Positions 12,034-25,469 of a DNA stretch of 64,000 nucleotides are shown one piece after another. The translations under genes were made by a program, and so were the position numbers. How positions within the stretch are numbered: the first letter of the stretch is position 1; each line of letters opens with the position of its first letter. A model generated the notes under the pieces. That model did no database searches and was not told where the DNA came from. It worked only from the letters and a program-made list of their open reading frames with translations. The stretch is from the human T2T-CHM13v2.0 reference genome, Homo sapiens: contig CP068257.2 in NCBI GenBank assembly GCA_009914755.4, positions 44,800,001 through 44,864,000 of the forward strand, given 5' to 3'.

Positions 12034-12174
12034 GCTTTACTGCAGATGGTGCGTGACGAGAGCCACCAGATCCTGGCGCTGTCAGAAGGCCTTGCACCCC
12101 CAAGCGGCGAGCCACACCCACCCCGGAAGGAAGACGAGATACAGGACATCTCGCTCCATGGGGGAAAGACGCAG
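12034..12174 (+). CDS. PCNT: PCNT coding exon (141 bp, phase 0->0): ALLQMVRDESHQILALSEGLAPPSGEPHPPRKEDEIQDISLHGGKTQ
   Basis: Acceptor cgcgctttcccgccacag|GCT. Open frame. Weak donor CAG|gtttat at 12175. Phase-compatible with flanking exons. Confidence 0.55.
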
Positions 12175-12261
12175 GTTTATTTTGCCCTTCACACACTTCT
12201 TTTCCAAAGGATTTAAGGAGCTTGTGGTAATGGCCGCGTCCTTAGGGCCACGTGGACACTA

Positions 12262-12537
12262 GGATTTCTTTCTTTTTTTTCTTTTTTTTTTTTTTTTTTT
12301 TTGAGACTCGGCTCACTGCAACCTCCACCACCCCGGGTCAAGCAGTTCTCTGCCTCAGCCTCCCGAGTAGCTGGGATTACAGGTGCATGCCACCATGCCC
12401 AGCTAATTTTTGTATTTTTAGTAGAGACGGGCTTTCACCATCTTAGCTAGGCTGGTCTTGAACTCCAGACCTTGTGATCCACCCGCCTCAGCCTCCCAAA
12501 GTGCTGGGATTACAGGCATGAGCCACCGTGCCTGGCC
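12262..12537 (-). mobile_element. Alu (antisense, internally truncated near the poly-T end)
   Basis: t-rich then gagactcggctcactgcaacctccaccaccccgggtcaagcagttctctgcctcagcctcccgagtagctgggattacaggtgcatgcc...ggattacaggcatgagccaccgtgcctggcc. Confidence 0.88.
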
Positions 12538-13827
12538 TAGGATTTTTTTTAGCACGGCCAAAAAGACTGAGGTCCAAGAACCCTGGGGAGGCCTTCCCAT
12601 CTCCCACAGCCAGCGCAGGCTCTCGGGGCAGGTTCCCTGCGGGACGTGGAGGTGTGTGGGGGGCAGAAGGGCTCAGGGCTTTCAGGCCTGTGCCCTGTGT
12701 GAGCCTGCGGGGAGGCTGAGAGTGGTCCCTCCTGGCCATGTGGCCCTGCGGACTCGGCCCATTCCAGCACTTGTCCCCCAGGGCCTCTCCTCCTGCCACT
12801 CGGGTGACTTGCCCTCCGGCCTCATTCCTCCCCTTGGGTCTCTCCTACCTCCCCCTCCACACCCCAAGCCCCAGCAACTGGACCTCAGGGCCTCACCTCT
12901 GTGCTGTCGACCCCGCACCCCACTTTTCCCCAAGTCCTCCCCATCTCCCTGCCTGTCTGCTTCCATCACCAGGGCTTGTGGAGGTTGTGGAGTGGGTGCC
13001 AACTCCCATCACGCTCCCTCCCATCTCCGTGCCCACCCTGTCCTGCCCCTGTGCCTGCCTCTGACTGGGATCAAAGCTTTGTGAGGGAGGGAAGGGCTTT
13101 CTCCCTGTGCCTGGAACGCACAGGGTGTGCTGGTGCCATGGAGAGCCGGTGGGAGGGTCAGCCCCACCCGCCTCCGCTCGCCCCTCCAGCAGGCCCTGGT
13201 TGTGTGCGAGCGGCAGCCTGGCTGGCATTCAGGAGGCTCATTGGTGCTGCACGCTGCCCCTGGGGACCAGCGGGTAGCCCCTTGCAGCCTTAGGTCCCCT
13301 CCAGGCCCTGGGCCTTGAAGGCACAGCAGCAGGAAAAGAGGGAAGGAGCTTTGCTGACATTTTCCTGACCTTACTTTATCGTCTTTTTCAGTCTCTTCTG
13401 TGCTCATGATGGCAGCCTTTGCTTCTCGTGCCTTGAATGGCCCTGGGCAGTGTGTGTCTTCTCTTCTGTCAGGGTCATTTCTGTTTGAACGGCTGTCAGT
13501 CTGCTCAGCTGCCGTAACAGAACACCCCAGACCAGGGGGCTTAAACAGCAGACATTGATTTCACCTGTTGTGGCATCAGGGTGCCCACAGGGTTGGATTC
13601 TGGTGTAGGCGCCCTTCCTGGTTTGCGGACAGCGTCTCCGTGCTGTGTCCTCATATGATGGAGACAGCGAGTGAGCTCTGGTGTCTCTTCCTCTTCTTAA
13701 GAGGCCTCATTTACCCTGAATCACCTCCCGCAGGCCCCATCTCCAAACGCAGTCACACTGCGAACTTTAGGGCACAAGGATGCAGGTGCATTTGTGAGGA
13801 CGCCACGTTTCTTCCTTCTTCCTTTAG

Positions 13828-14001
13828 GAAGTGCCCACCGCGTGCCCCGATTGGAGAGGGGACCTTCTGCAGGTTGTGCAAGAGGCCTTTGAAAAAGAGC
13901 AGGAGATGCAGGGGGTTGAGCTGCAGCCCCGACTCAGTGGCTCAGATCTGGGGGGTCACAGCTCCCTGCTCGAAAGGCTGGAGAAGATCATCCGTGAGCA
14001 G
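13828..14001 (+). CDS. PCNT: PCNT coding exon (174 bp, phase 0->0): EVPTACPDWRGDLLQVVQEAFEKEQEMQGVELQPRLSGSDLGGHSSLLERLEKIIREQ
   Basis: Acceptor ttcttcctttag|GAA, donor CAG|gtgagt at 14002. Open frame (ORF 13831-14067). Confidence 0.75.
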
Positions 14002-14600
14002 GTGAGTGTCAGCTCTGCCACCAGGCCTCAGTTTGCCCCAGGGGTCCAGCCCTGGCAGAGAGGGTGACACAGACTGTTTTGTGTGTGAATTTCGGTTTGT
14101 GTGTTTCTCTCGACCGCTGGAATGTGGCTGTCACTTACCCAGGCGTTGACGCTCAGTCCATGCAGGATGCTGCACTTTTCCACCTGCAGCTGTAACAGGA
14201 CAGGTGTGCTCGAGATGCACCCTCAGGCCTCACTCTTTTCTGAGATAGGTGGCTAAAGAAACGTTCTCCATTCCAAGTAGCCCCTCCTAGGTTGAGAGGT
14301 GCTCTGTGTGCAGGGCTGGGTGGCGTTGGTGCCGTGGGGACACTGGAAATCCTGTTCCTGCCAGCATACACGAGGAAACCTAGTGTTGAGAGTAACTGGC
14401 TTGCAGGCCTCACGCAGGGTAGTGCAGCCCAGCCCTGACGCCTGCAGGCCCCAGAGCTGAGGCCCAGCAGATACTGTGCACCCATCCCAGACTCAGCAGG
14501 CTTGTCCCGGCGGAGCTGGTTTTGAGGGCGGGCAGCAGGGAAGGCCGGGGCATGGGGTGGCTGCCCAATGCTCAGGCTGCTTGTCCCATTGTGCCCCCAG

Positions 14601-14796
14601 GGAGACCTGCAGGAAAAGTCCCTGGAGCATCTTCGCTTGCCGGACCGGAGCAGCCTGCTGTCCGAGATCCAGGCGCTGCGTGCCCAGCTGCGCATGACGC
14701 ACCTGCAGAACCAGGAGAAGCTGCAGCACTTGCGCACGGCGCTGACAAGCGCAGAGGCGCGCGGGAGCCAGCAGGAGCACCAGCTGCGCAGGCAGG
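14601..14796 (+). CDS. PCNT: PCNT coding exon (196 bp, phase 0->1): GDLQEKSLEHLRLPDRSSLLSEIQALRAQLRMTHLQNQEKLQHLRTALTSAEARGSQQEHQLRRQ
   Basis: Acceptor attgtgcccccag|GGA, donor CAGG|gtgggt. Coiled-coil heptad-like composition. ORF 14568-14888. Confidence 0.75.
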
Positions 14797-15404
14797 GTGG
14801 GTGTCACTGTCTACACTGCCTGGGGCCCGGCCTCTGCACCTGCCCGCCCGACACTCACCTGTGTGGCCTTGGGAGCAGAGGGTGGTGACAGGGCATCATC
14901 TAGTCAAGCCCCTGAGTGTTGCCATGGTTGTCAGCTGATAGGACTGAGCAGAAAGGACCCTGGAGACAGGCAGCGCTGGGTGGGGCTGGCACGGAGGCCT
15001 CACTCTTGGGCCTGATGTGGGCAAGAGGGGCCTGGGTTGGGCTCTGAGTGCTGGCAGATTCTTGGGAGCTCATGCTAGAGTTCAGGAATGTCTCGTAGGT
15101 TTCTACATTTAATTTAGCTTCTTCGGGAGTTTTTATGTAGATGCTCAGGTCATCTGTGGGTAAGTAACGATTTTTTGTTTCTTGCCCGTGTTCTCTCACG
15201 TGCTGTGCCGTCAGCTGTGTGGGCAGATGCCATTCCCTGCTCTTAGTTTTGGGGGCAGGAGCTGGTCTCGTACCATCGCATGTGGGGTCAGGCGCCCTTG
15301 GTCAGCTTGGGCAAGTGCCCTCTGTTCCTAGTTTTGGATTCCGTCAAGGGGAACGGCCTTGCAGTTCAGCCCACGGCCCTTGTCCCGGCGCCCATGCCCT
15401 TTGT

Positions 15405-15655
15405 GCTCTCTGGGGCTGGGGGCCGGCGCTGTGCACATGCTCGTGAGGGGCATGGGTGGGGCTGGCGCTGTGCAAGCGCTTGTCAGGGGCACGGGCAGGG
15501 GGTGCCGGCGCTGTGCGAGCGCTCGTGAGGGGCATGGGGGGGCTGGCGCTGTGCACGTGCTCGTGAGGGGCACAGGGGGGCCGGCACCGTGCGATCGCTC
15601 GTGAGGGGCATGGGGGTGGTGGGCCGGTGCTGTCTGAGTGCTCGTGAGGGGCACT
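15405..15655. repeat. GC-rich minisatellite, about 60-bp unit x about 4 (ggggctggcgctgtgca[c/a][g/a][t/c]gct[c/t]gt[g/c]aggggca[t/c]gggg)
   Basis: Repeats at about 15410, 15470, 15530, 15590. Creates repetitive ORFs on both strands (15328-15654 -, 15359-15604 +). Confidence 0.85.
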
Positions 15656-16134
15656 GGTCTGTTTTCTGTTGTGCCTTTTTGGTCTTGGTGCTGGGTAGCG
15701 CCAGCCCCACGGGGTGCGGGAAGTATTTGGGAAGTAGCCCCTCCGCCCTCCGTTGTCTAGAATTGGGGTTATTTCTTCCTTAAGTTTTGGGAGAATTTTC
15801 CAGTAAAGCCACCTGGGCCTGGAGTTCCCTCTGTTGGAGGCAGTTTAGGGTGTGAGTGGGGGTGAGGTGGCATTTTTAGGATGGCCCCAGGGCTATATCA
15901 CTCCTGGACTCTGTGTCTCCCGGCCAGGTGGGTGGGCCCTGGAAGGAAATGGGCCCAGAGGGCAGAATTGAGCATCCTGGTTCCACCCGCAGTGAAAGCT
16001 TCTAGTCCACAGAACCTCCTTTCTTCCCGAAGCACATACACCTCACGCCCCCACGAGTCTGTCTCTAACCTGGTGTCACTTGTGCAGCACGAGGAGCTCA
16101 TGGGGGCCTGTTACTGTTCTTTTGTCTTTCTCAG

Positions 16135-16357
16135 TTGAACTGCTGGCTTATAAAGTAGAGCAGGAGAAGTGCATTGCTGGTGACTTGCAGAAGACGCTGA
16201 GTGAAGAGCAAGAGAAGGCAAACAGCGTGCAGAAGCTCCTGGCGGCGGAGCAGACTGTAGTGCGAGATTTGAAGTCCGACCTCTGTGAGAGCAGGCAGAA
16301 GAGCGAACAGCTGTCCCGGTCCCTCTGCGAGGTGCAGCAGGAGGTCCTCCAGCTGAG
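16135..16357 (+). CDS. PCNT: PCNT coding exon (223 bp, phase 1->2): (V)ELLAYKVEQEKCIAGDLQKTLSEEQEKANSVQKLLAAEQTVVRDLKSDLCESRQKSEQLSRSLCEVQQEVLQL
   Basis: Acceptor ttttgtctttctcag|TT, donor CTGAG|gtgcgc. The G from the previous exon plus TT gives Val. ORF 16080-16367. Confidence 0.78.
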
Positions 16358-16631
16358 GTGCGCCTGATCCCCCTTCCTGGGACACTGGCGGGAGTCCCCC
16401 CGTTGTGCCATGTTTTCTTGGTGATGAAGGGAGACAGAACCTCTGGTGGGCCGCAGTTGGGCAGCCCCAGGGGCACCGCGCCCTGCTGTCCCTGGGTTGA
16501 TAATCCTGTGGTGGGGGGTGAAGCACACGTGTGGGACCTGGCAGGGCTCTGCCTCCCCTCCTGGAGCTCCCAGCCCCCGGGAACACACTCTGGCCCACGT
16601 GGTCAGATTGTTCTGTGATGTCTCCACGCAG

Positions 16632-16782
16632 ATCCATGCTGAGCAGTAAGGAGAACGAGCTGAAGGCCGCGCTTCAGGAGCTGGAGAGTGAGCACGGGAA
16701 GGGGCGTGCCCTGCAGAGCCAGCTGGAGGAGGAGCAGCTGCGGCACCTGCAGAGGGAGAGCCAGAGTGCCAAGGCCCTGGAG
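16632..16782 (+). CDS. PCNT: PCNT coding exon (151 bp, phase 2->0): (R)SMLSSKENELKAALQELESEHGKGRALQSQLEEEQLRHLQRESQSAKALE
   Basis: Acceptor tgtctccacgcag|A, donor GAG|gtaaca. ORF 16531-16896. Confidence 0.78.
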
Positions 16783-17254
16783 GTAACAGGGTGTCAGGGC
16801 AAGGCAGCCGGCATGGGCTGTGTGCACTGGAAGCCTGAAGCCATGCTCCTCTTTCATCCTTCTTTTCCTGTTCTTCATGGCAGTGCACCCAGTTGACAGC
16901 AGTGTGACGTAGCAGGATAGGGCTGTGTTTGCAGGTAAAATTGCACCTTGGTGTAGTGGCAGCCACCACAGGGCGAAGAGTGCGATGACCCGTGGTGGCA
17001 CGATACCCCTGCTCGGAGCCCCCCCCCGTCCCTGAGCACTTGCTGTGGAGATGGACACAGCCTCCTCGCTGGCATCCAGACAGAGCACAGCCTCAGAGGT
17101 CTGTGCACAAGGCAGGCTGGTGGTGGGGCCTCTGCTTTGCATGGCGGAGGCCCAGCAGGCCTGCTGTGGCTTCTGAGCAAGTCTGTGCCAGTTCCATGGG
17201 TTATGGCTTTCAACAGCATGGAAGTGGTGGTTCCTAGCAAGCTGGGTGTGTATC

Positions 17255-17370
17255 TCTGAGCCTCTGGTGGAGTGATTTTCTGAAGAGGGGGCAGGAGCCT
17301 CTGGTGGAGTGATTTTCTGAAGAGGGGGCAGGAGCCTCTGGTGGAGTGATTTTCTGGAGAGGGGGCGGGC
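17255..17370. repeat. Tandem repeat, 37 bp x 3 (gcctctggtggagtgattttctgaagagggggcagga)
   Basis: Three near-identical consecutive copies visible at 17259, 17296, 17333. Confidence 0.9.
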
Positions 17371-17653
17371 AGGGGACATCTCTGAATCATTTTCTGGAGA
17401 GGGACAGACTGGGAACATCTCTGAACCCAGGACTCAACACCATTTCCGAAAAAAGTATGTCATCTCCGCAGTCTGGGTTTTTTGTTACTTGATGAACTAA
17501 CAAAAAAATGTTGTCCCTACATGTGGCTAATAGGGTGCATTTCAAAAGGTAGAATTGCTGGGCTAAAGTATATAAACAAATGTGGACAGGAAAACCATGT
17601 AGACACTTTTCCTCTTGATTCAGTGTCTCCCATCGTATGTGTTTGCTGTCTAG

Positions 17654-18103
17654 GAGCTGCGGGCGTCTTTGGAGACACAGCGTGCTCAGAGCAGTCGACT
17701 CTGCGTGGCACTGAAACACGAGCAGACGGCCAAGGACAACCTGCAGAAGGAGCTGCGTATCGAGCACTCACGCTGCGAGGCCTTGCTGGCTCAGGAGCGG
17801 AGCCAGCTCTCTGAGCTCCAGAAGGACCTTGCGGCTGAGAAGAGCCGCACCCTGGAGCTGTCAGAGGCCTTGCGGCACGAGCGGCTCCTGACCGAGCAGC
17901 TGAGCCAGAGGACACAGGAGGCTTGCGTGCACCAGGACACACAGGCCCATCACGCTCTGCTGCGGAAGCTGAAGGAGGAGAAGTCCCGGGTGGTGGACTT
18001 GCAAGCGATGCTTGAAAAGGTGCAGCAGCAAGCCCTGCATTCTCAGCAGCAGCTTGAGGCTGAGGCTCAGAAGCACTGTGAGGCGCTCAGGAGAGAGAAG
18101 GAG
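17654..18103 (+). CDS. PCNT: PCNT coding exon (450 bp, phase 0->0): ELRASLETQRAQSSRLCVALKHEQTAKDNLQKELRIEHSRCEALLAQERSQLSELQKDLAAEKSRTLELSEALRHERLLTEQLSQRTQEACVHQDTQAHHALLRKLKEEKSRVVDLQAMLEKVQQQALHSQQQLEAEAQKHCEALRREKE
   Basis: Acceptor gtttgctgtctag|GAG, consensus donor GAG|gtaagt at 18104. Long coiled-coil ORF (17669-18376 in track). See finding on the ORF continuing past this donor to 18340/18376. Confidence 0.75.
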
Positions 18104-18764
18104 GTAAGTGCCACACTGAAGTCGACGGTGGAAGCCCTGCACACCCAAAAACGAGAGCTGAGATGCTCTCTGGAGAGAGAGAGGGAGAAACCAGCGTGGT
18201 TGCAGGCAGAATTAGAGCAGTCACACCCACGGTTGAAAGAGCAAGAAGGACGCAAGGCTGCGAGGAGGAGCGCGGAGGCCAGGCAGAGCCCAGCGACTGC
18301 GGAGCAGTGGAGGAAGTGGCAGAGAGACAAGGAGAAGCTGGTGAGAGCCGCCTGCCGGCGGAGCGTCCACACCTAAAAACGATAAGCAATTGGAGTTAGG
18401 ATGGTTCACGTGGGGGACGCGAGATTTATGTCTGGCCCTCTGACCTGGTCTGCTCTGGTCTGTGTGCCCTGACGCTGGCACCACACTGCTGTTACTGTAG
18501 CTTTCTAGAAAGTATTGAAATCAGGAAGTGTGAGTTCTCCAACTTCGTTCTTCCTCTTCAAGATAGTTTCAGCTCTGTGGGGCTTCTTGCTATTCCACAG
18601 GAATTTGAGGATTGGTGTTTGTATTTCTGCAGAACCTGCCACTGGGATTTTCTTAGGGATGGCATTAAATGTGCTGATTGCTCTGGGTAGTATTGACATC
18701 TGGACAGTGTGAGGTCTTTTGATCCACGATTACAGAATGTGTCTCTTCATTTAATTAGGATTTT

Positions 18765-19052
<288 letters not shown>

Positions 19053-19139
19053 TAGGCCTTCTTTAGTTTCTTTCAGTAGTGTTTCATTGCTTTCAAAATA
19101 TAAGTTTTATACTTTTGTTAAATTTATTTACTTATTTAT

Positions 19140-19520
<381 letters not shown>

Positions 19521-19907
19521 ACACTCTTTGGAATAGTCGTAGTTTTTTTTATCTCCAGAAGCCTTGGAGAGTAGGGAGGTGGTTTGGTGGTACAGACAGT
19601 GTGGCCAAGCATGGCAGGGGCGTCTACACAGGACCCCAGCTGAGGGTGAGACGTGGTGTGTGTGTTTGCCTTTCTCCTGGGCAAGAGCTCATCCTTTGAT
19701 GGAATGCTCAAAGGAGTCTTTACTTTTTGAGAACTTCCTGAAACCACGCCTGAAGTTGCCAGCCAAAACCTTTAATTTTGATTGTTTCTTAAAAAAAATA
19801 GTAACATGAGTGCTTAGAAAATATTTTCTAAGTTGCTTGCTTCAGGATGCATCTTGACCTGTATTTTGAGTGAGGTGGCCCTTCCAGAGTGATTTATTTA
19901 TTAATTT

Positions 19908-20210
<303 letters not shown>

Positions 20211-21349
20211 GTTTTTTACTGAGGATAGTGAATTTGATCTGGATTATAGAACCCTTCTCTAGCTGTAGCCATGGAAGCCTCCCAAGATAGTGGCATGCTG
20301 GATACAATTCCATCTTTTCTAAATAATACAATCTCATTAGTTCCTCTGTATCTTACTTTCCTTACTAGAAAATAGAAAAGATACTCATTCCTGTTTAAGA
20401 GGCCCGAGCATTGAGTGAGGCGCTGTCAGGAGGGTAGAGTTTGAGCTGCACCCTGGTCACCGCAGTGGCAGGGGCGCTGGTGCCACACAGTGCAGGCTCA
20501 GCTGTGGGTCCTCTGGGCTGGGAAGGCCTCAGCTCAGTGCTGGGGTTCCCTCCCTGACACGGCAAGCCGCCTCTGTGTGTCTGCATCTTGGGCCTCTTCC
20601 CGCTGGATCTGTCTTTGTGTTGTCACAAGGAAGCCCCAGCGGCGCTGCTGGGAATCAGAGGCCCTTCAGAGGCTGCTTCGTCCTTCCTTGCCCCATCGTG
20701 CAGTAGACCTTCTGTCCCCTGCCTGGTGGGAGTCGGGCCCTGGGCAGGGGCTCAGGCGCTTGCTGACACGCTTCTCCCGGGCACCAGACATGGCCTGTGC
20801 CCCCGTCCTGCAGAAGGAAAGGCTGCTGCTCCTTGAGGTCTGGCTTAGGAGCTCAGGCCCACGTGGCCACCCAGGCTCAGCCCCAGGGCTGCACTCAGGC
20901 TCATACGTGTGTGCATGTTCACATGCACAAATGTGCCTGTCTGTGTCTATGTTGGTATGAGCGTCTGGGCGTGTGCGTGTACATATGTGGATGAGTGGGA
21001 CCAGGGCACAGGGAAGCGTCATCCGGTCTGTTCTGTTTCAGCTTCTCAGGCTCCTCTCCTTTGGACCCCGCGTGCTTGCCCTGGGCCTGATGAAAGCCTG
21101 ATAGTTTTAAAAACTACGATGGAAACGCTTTTACCACTGAATCATTCTGGGGTGTGTGATTCAGCTGCCTCCATGCTGGAGGGACACAGAGCAGCACAGC
21201 ACGAGGGTGTGCAGTGTGTCAGCTGTGGGTCCCAGTACAGGACCACAGGGGCTGCCTGCCCGAGGGCCTGTTTCTGGTCTGTGAGGGGCCTCCCCTGTAA
21301 CGCGGCTGTGTGTTTTGGGCTTTTGCTTGGCAGTTGTTGTTTTTTTTGT

Positions 21350-21968
<619 letters not shown>

Positions 21969-22028
21969 CAGTTTTGTTTTTGGACACTGACGTGAACGTC
22001 TTCTCTGTCTTTTTTCTGTTAACAACAG

Positions 22029-22273
22029 CGAGAATTAGAACTGCAGCGTCAGCGTGACTTGCATAAGATCAAGCAGCTTCAGCAGACAGTGAGAGACCTG
22101 GAGTCGAAGGACGAGGTGCCTGGCAGCCGCCTCCACCTAGGTTCTGCCCGCAGGGCTGCCGGCTCGGATGCGGACCACCTCCGGGAACAGCAGCGAGAGC
22201 TGGAGGCGATGAGGCAGCGGCTGCTCTCTGCCGCCCGGCTTCTCACCAGCTTCACCAGCCAGGCCGTGGACAG
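22029..22273 (+). CDS. PCNT: PCNT coding exon (245 bp, phase 0->2): RELELQRQRDLHKIKQLQQTVRDLESKDEVPGSRLHLGSARRAAGSDADHLREQQRELEAMRQRLLSAARLLTSFTSQAVD(R)
   Basis: Acceptor ttttttctgttaacaacag|CGA, donor GACAG|gtgtgc. ORF 22059-22388. Confidence 0.78.
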
Positions 22274-22589
22274 GTGTGCACCCACGCCACCTGGCGCTCA
22301 CTGGTCCCTTGCAGCCAACCCTCTGTCCCAGACCCGGCCCGAGGGCTGGGGCGCGTCTGGTGTGAGGCCCCTGCTCCTTTGCACTTAACGCTCTAGTCCT
22401 CTTTCTGAGACTTTGCTGAGGGATTCCGGATTGGCAAGATGGCATGTTCATATTCTAATGTCAGAGAAAAAAATCCTGTGATTCAAAATACGCCTGACGT
22501 GGGGCTTCCATGTTCCTTTGAGGGTTGGCTTGGTTCTCTTTACACTCTGTGTAGTTGCTCACCACCCACAGGGTCGGGTTTGGAGCCTC

Positions 22590-22616
22590 CTGTGCCCCCC
22601 CCCCCCCCCCCCCCGG
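22590..22616. repeat. Homopolymer poly-C tract (about 18 C, C-rich about 27 bp)
   Basis: tgtgccccccccccccccccccggctgg at 22593-22616. Confidence 0.9.
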
Positions 22617-23105
22617 CTGGCACTGCCCAGTGTCACTCAAGGCCACTCACACCCAGGATGACGATCGTGATATTTCATATGGGCAGAAAGGGTAATGCTA
22701 ATGTTTGTCTTTTTCCCTATACACAGAAACTCGGCAAACACAGTTCTCCTTTCTATACTTGGACTTAATGTATAGAGCAGCATGATTTCTAAGCAAAGTT
22801 TCACTTAGGACAGCATTTTAAATCATTCATTCCAGAGGAAAGCCACGGGGCCTGGCAGGCGGTGGCTTCCCGTGCTCGGTGGCGCGCCTCCCGGCTGGAG
22901 GTTTCTGAGCTCTGCAGAAGCGTCCAGCCACAGGCCTGTTGCCCCCGTGGGCCCCTGGCTCTGCCTCACGGCTGGACGAAGTGATTCACACACAGGCTCC
23001 TCAGAAACCTGTCTTGTCTCTCTTGAGCCGTGAGCTCTTGTTTAGTTTTGCATAATGGTCACTTGGGGCGCGTATGCAACTTTGAGTGCCCATTTATTTT
23101 TACAG

Positions 23106-23208
23106 GACAGTTAATGATTGGACGTCATCCAATGAGAAAGCAGTGATGTCTTTACTGCACACGTTGGAGGAGCTGAAGTCTGACTTGAGCAGGCCCACCT
23201 CCTCCCAG
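23106..23208 (+). CDS. PCNT: PCNT coding exon (103 bp, phase 2->0): (R)TVNDWTSSNEKAVMSLLHTLEELKSDLSRPTSSQ
   Basis: Acceptor cccatttatttttacag|G, donor CAG|gtaagg. ORF 23086-23352. Confidence 0.8.
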
Positions 23209-24290
23209 GTAAGGGGTGAGCGCCCCCAGGTCCCTGGCCTGGCTCCTCCCCCAGAGGGGCCCTCTCGGCAGCTTTGTGGTTCTTTTTCACGCTTCCCCAT
23301 TGTTCTTCCTCCCTCGCTGCCTTCTCTGAATTCATGGTTGCTATCTGGGTGAGTGGGTGGGGTCGACCCTGTGGGCCGAGTGGGGACGGATGTCCTCCAT
23401 GTCCTGGGGCACTTGTGTGGTCTTCGGGGGCTGAGCCCTGCTGCCATGGGATGCTGTGTGACTGTGTGGTCTTCGGGGGCTGAGCCCTGCTGCCATGGGA
23501 TGCTGCGTGACTGGTAGAGCCCCCTCACATGCTGCTCGCTGTGCATGACCTGGACACATTGCAGGTCGCTGGTCAGGAGGGGCTATGGTTCTGCTCTGGT
23601 GCTGGCGGCCGATGTTCACCTCCACCTGGCCCAGCCTGCTGGCTTTGTGTTTGTGTTGACGGCCTTTGCTAGAAACAAAAACCCAAGTCCTCCTTGGAAA
23701 GTCTGAGCTCACTGTAAGCTGCCTCTGAAGGAGGTGGGAATCTGGCTGCTGGTATAAATTCTTGATGTGTGTTCTGTGGCATTTATGAAATCATGACTTT
23801 GATCGTGGAGCCCACGCATGTGAGGTGCAGGGGAGCTGCGCCGCTTACCCTCTGGCCCCGCCAGCTGAACGTCGTTGTGGGTGGGGTGCACCCTGCCCCC
23901 TGTGTTGGGCCCTGGTGACCTTTCAGCGTGCCCACCCTCCACAGGCTGAACGTCCTTTTGATGGTGGAAGTAATAAACCTGTTTTGAGGGGCTTCACATC
24001 CGCCCCCTTGGGATGAACTAACAACGGTCCAGCCACCTGTTAATTTCAGTGCTGTTAGAACAACCAAACGGGCTATGCTTTGTGACAGGCCTGCGTTGTT
24101 CATACAAGCCAGTTGCGTGCAAAGTCTGTGATTCAATGACTTTTACAATTTTCTGCCAGCTCCACAAGCTTCTCATTGAACCCCAGACACATTAATTACA
24201 ATCCCTAAAAATAACTGTTGACAAAAAACACAAGTAATGTTCATGCCCTTTAACAACAAATTCTTACAAATTTATTTTCTTTTCTCCAAG

Positions 24291-24464
24291 AAAAAAATGG
24301 CAGCAGAGCTGCAGTTCCAGTTTGTGGACGTCCTGCTGAAAGACAATGTTTCCCTCACAAAAGCGCTCAGCACGGTGACCCAGGAGAAGCTGGAGCTGAG
24401 CAGAGCCGTGTCTAAGCTTGAGAAGTTGCTGAAGCACCATCTGCAGAAGGGCTGCAGCCCAAGC
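24291..24464 (+). CDS. PCNT: PCNT coding exon (174 bp, phase 0->0): KKMAAELQFQFVDVLLKDNVSLTKALSTVTQEKLELSRAVSKLEKLLKHHLQKGCSPS
   Basis: Acceptor tttattttcttttctccaag|AAA, donor AGC|gtaggt. ORF 24237-24482. Confidence 0.78.
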
Positions 24465-24767
24465 GTAGGTGTCTGTGCTTAACTCTTACCTGCCTCAGCC
24501 TAACCCACCATGGTCCAGAGCAGCTCCACCCCACAAGAGGCCGGGCTCCCTTTAGGGACCTGGGGATGTGGGCGTCACCTTCTCCCTAACCGCCAGGCTC
24601 TGTTGCCTCTGTCTGAAGCCTTGCTAAATGTTGTGGGATGTTTGAACATCTCAGCCGACTTCCAGCTCCGCCACAGACGGCGTCCTCACTGACCCTGACC
24701 GCTACTTGATGTTTGGTGCATGTTCATAAAAGGGTATTTTGACTAAGAATATTATAATCTGATCTAA

Positions 24768-25095
<328 letters not shown>

Positions 25096-25469
25096 TAAAG
25101 TGACTTATAATTTTCATAATGGTATAGTTGGATAGAGTTATCTTCCGGAATGTCTCATTTTTTTTTCTTTTGTATTTAGGCTATTTTGTTTGTGATTTGC
25201 TTTATTTTTTATAACTTTTTAAAAATTATTTTTAAATTTACATACAGTAAAATTTGCCCTTTCCTGGTGTAGTGTCATACAAGTTCACACACACACACAT
25301 CCCTGTAACCTTCATAAGTAACCACCATTCACAGAGCACACAGCGATGGCCCCCCCAAAAAGAGCAGCAGGCATCTCCGCCTGCCACAGGCCCTGGCTCT
25401 CTCCCAGAAAGGTGTGTCAGTGGAACCAGCCCGTCTGGGACCTCCTAAACTGGCTTTTTTCACTTTTTG

